A stretch of DNA of 64,000 nucleotides from Octopus sinensis (taxonomy: Eukaryota). A program made the translations under genes and the position numbers. Location: NCBI RefSeq assembly GCF_006345805.1, contig NC_043017.1:6014001-6078000 (forward strand), given 5' to 3'. The notes under the pieces were generated by a model. The model was not told where the DNA came from, made no database searches, and saw only the letters and a program-made list of their open reading frames with translations. Below are positions 62,431 to 64,000 of the stretch, one piece after another; within the stretch, counting starts at the first letter, position 1; every line of letters starts with the position of its first letter.

Positions 62431-63074
62431 GTGTGCGAGTGTGTGTACCTATGTATACATATATGTGTGTGTATATATGTGTATGTGTATGTATGTGTAT
62501 ATATATATATATATATGTATGTATGCAGGTATGTGTGTGTGTCTCAATATATAAGGGTAAGGTCCAAGTGTAGGAAGTTTGTAAGCTTCAAGCAGTCCAT
62601 GGCAGGTATAGAAACAAAAACTGGACAGTGTACAGTCAGGAACAATAACAACTTATTGACGTCCAAGGTTTCACACTGTTTCCCATATGGAAGTTGCAAG
62701 GAAATTCAGTCAGCTGAAGATTACTGTTTAGCTCACGGTTAGCATCTAGAGCTGTTATAAATGCGAATAAAAATCCAAACTGAGAAAGTAGAAGGGTAAA
62801 ATATAGACCACGTATGTCTCTCAGCTAGCTGACCCTCTGATGTAATAATTACTTAATGAGAAGTCATTTCAGCTCTCATCTGCGATGAGTTAACTCGGAC
62901 AGTCCAAATGACAATGCAACTTTCATATAATTAAGAAGTATTCTCAGCCTGATGATTAGCCAAGTTGAGTATCCCTCAGATGATCAGCTAGCTATGAAAC
63001 AAATGTAGCCTGGATTTTACCTGTTCTACTCACTCAATTTAGATTTATATATGTGTGTGTGTATTTATATATAA

Positions 63075-63222
63075 ATTATTATTATTATTATCATTATTAT
63101 TATTATGATTATCAATATTATTATTATTATCATTATTATTATTATTATTATTATTATCATTATTATTAATATTTTTATTATTATTTTTATTATTATTATT
63201 ATTACTATTATTATTATTCTTC
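63075..63222. repeat. (TAT)n microsatellite
   Basis: Direct reading. Confidence 0.95.
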
Positions 63223-63485
63223 AGTAGTTTTATTTTTATAGCGTGCTTTCACTTCACTACCGAGCGCAGCTCTGTGTGCCTTGGGTATGTGCTGTGATTT
63301 GTTGTGATGCTCTGATGGTTATTGTATGGAAAGTGTTCTGCGTAGGATGTGTGCAGTGCCTAGTAGTGCAATTTTCTGTATGTTATATGTTTGTAAGTCC
63401 TGGTGTTTTTATGTATTTTTCTGAATATTTTTTTATCATGCCTAAGGCACCTACTATGATAGGAATTGTTTCTGTTTTTAGATTA
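63222..63485 (-). pseudogene. 5'-truncated R4/Dong-type LINE 3' end in (TAA)n
   Basis: NLKTETIPIIVGALGMIKKY...IQKIALLGTAHILRRTLSIQ* plus 3' UTR ending at (TAA)n. Confidence 0.88.
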
Positions 63486-63519
63486 TTATGTTTTTATTAT
63501 TATTATTATTATTATTATG

Positions 63520-63690
63520 ATTCATTAGTCTTGTTTTTATCATGTGCTTTCACTGCACTACTGAGCACAGTTCTGTGTGCCTTGGGTTTGCACTCAGGTT
63601 TGTTGCTGCGCACTTATTTTCCCTGTATTGCAAGTACTTTACATAAGATGTGTGCAGTGCCTAGTGGTGCTATTTTCTGTAGATTATTAT
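63520..63690 (-). pseudogene. Second, shorter R4/Dong-type LINE 3' end (related subfamily) in (TAA)n
   Basis: LQKIAPLGTAHILCKVLAIQGK*; 3' UTR homologous to 63222-63310. Confidence 0.82.
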
Positions 63691-64000
63691 TACTATTGCT
63701 ATTATTATTATAACTCAGCAGAAGTTACAGAGTGACTCGAAGGTTGAGAGTTTCATGCATTGGCACTGAGATCGATATGGATATAGATATAATGATCTTA
63801 GTTTAAAAATTCAAAACAATAATGAGTGCTTTTGTCTGTTAAATTTCCAGAACAAAAGTAGAAACTGCCAATTTCAGAGCAGAAGAATTTCCAGGAAAAT
63901 TATTTCGGACTTTGGCTAAGTTTTTCAGTCTGACTATTTCGGTCTGGAATTTTTTTGGAAAAACTACCATTATGTTTGTCCAAAATAGTCAACTATTTCA

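Overview
Eukaryotic, AT-rich, extremely microsatellite-dense genomic DNA. The SINE families, R4/Dong-type and Penelope-like retroelements and (TA)/(CA) load look like an octopod cephalopod (inference from repeat recognition). There is one 100-N assembly gap (43832-43931). No complete protein-coding gene is visible: almost all long ORFs in the track are translations of simple repeats. Supported content: one tRNA-Ser(AGA) gene with a Pol III terminator; more than 40 tRNA-derived SINE copies in about 6 families (labelled A-G here, my own labels) that visibly exchange head/core/tail modules; a 5'-truncated Penelope-like element (YVDD RT remnant + GIY-YIG) bracketed by inverted pLTRs; pLTR remnants with minimal hammerhead-ribozyme motifs; several R4/Dong-type RLE-LINE remnants and a non-autonomous derivative sitting in (TAA)n; an RTE LINE remnant; four mariner remnants; a hAT MITE; a foldback MITE; a non-autonomous Helitron; and several minisatellites and tandem duplications. 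The most notable non-repeat signals are a ~45-bp minisatellite with six perfect CRE palindromes (34.2-34.8 kb), four RFX X-boxes in 51.3-57.1 kb, a candidate minus-strand membrane-protein exon (58491-58738) and a promoter-like motif cluster at ~61.9 kb. Element boundaries were read by eye and most are approximate to within tens of bases.
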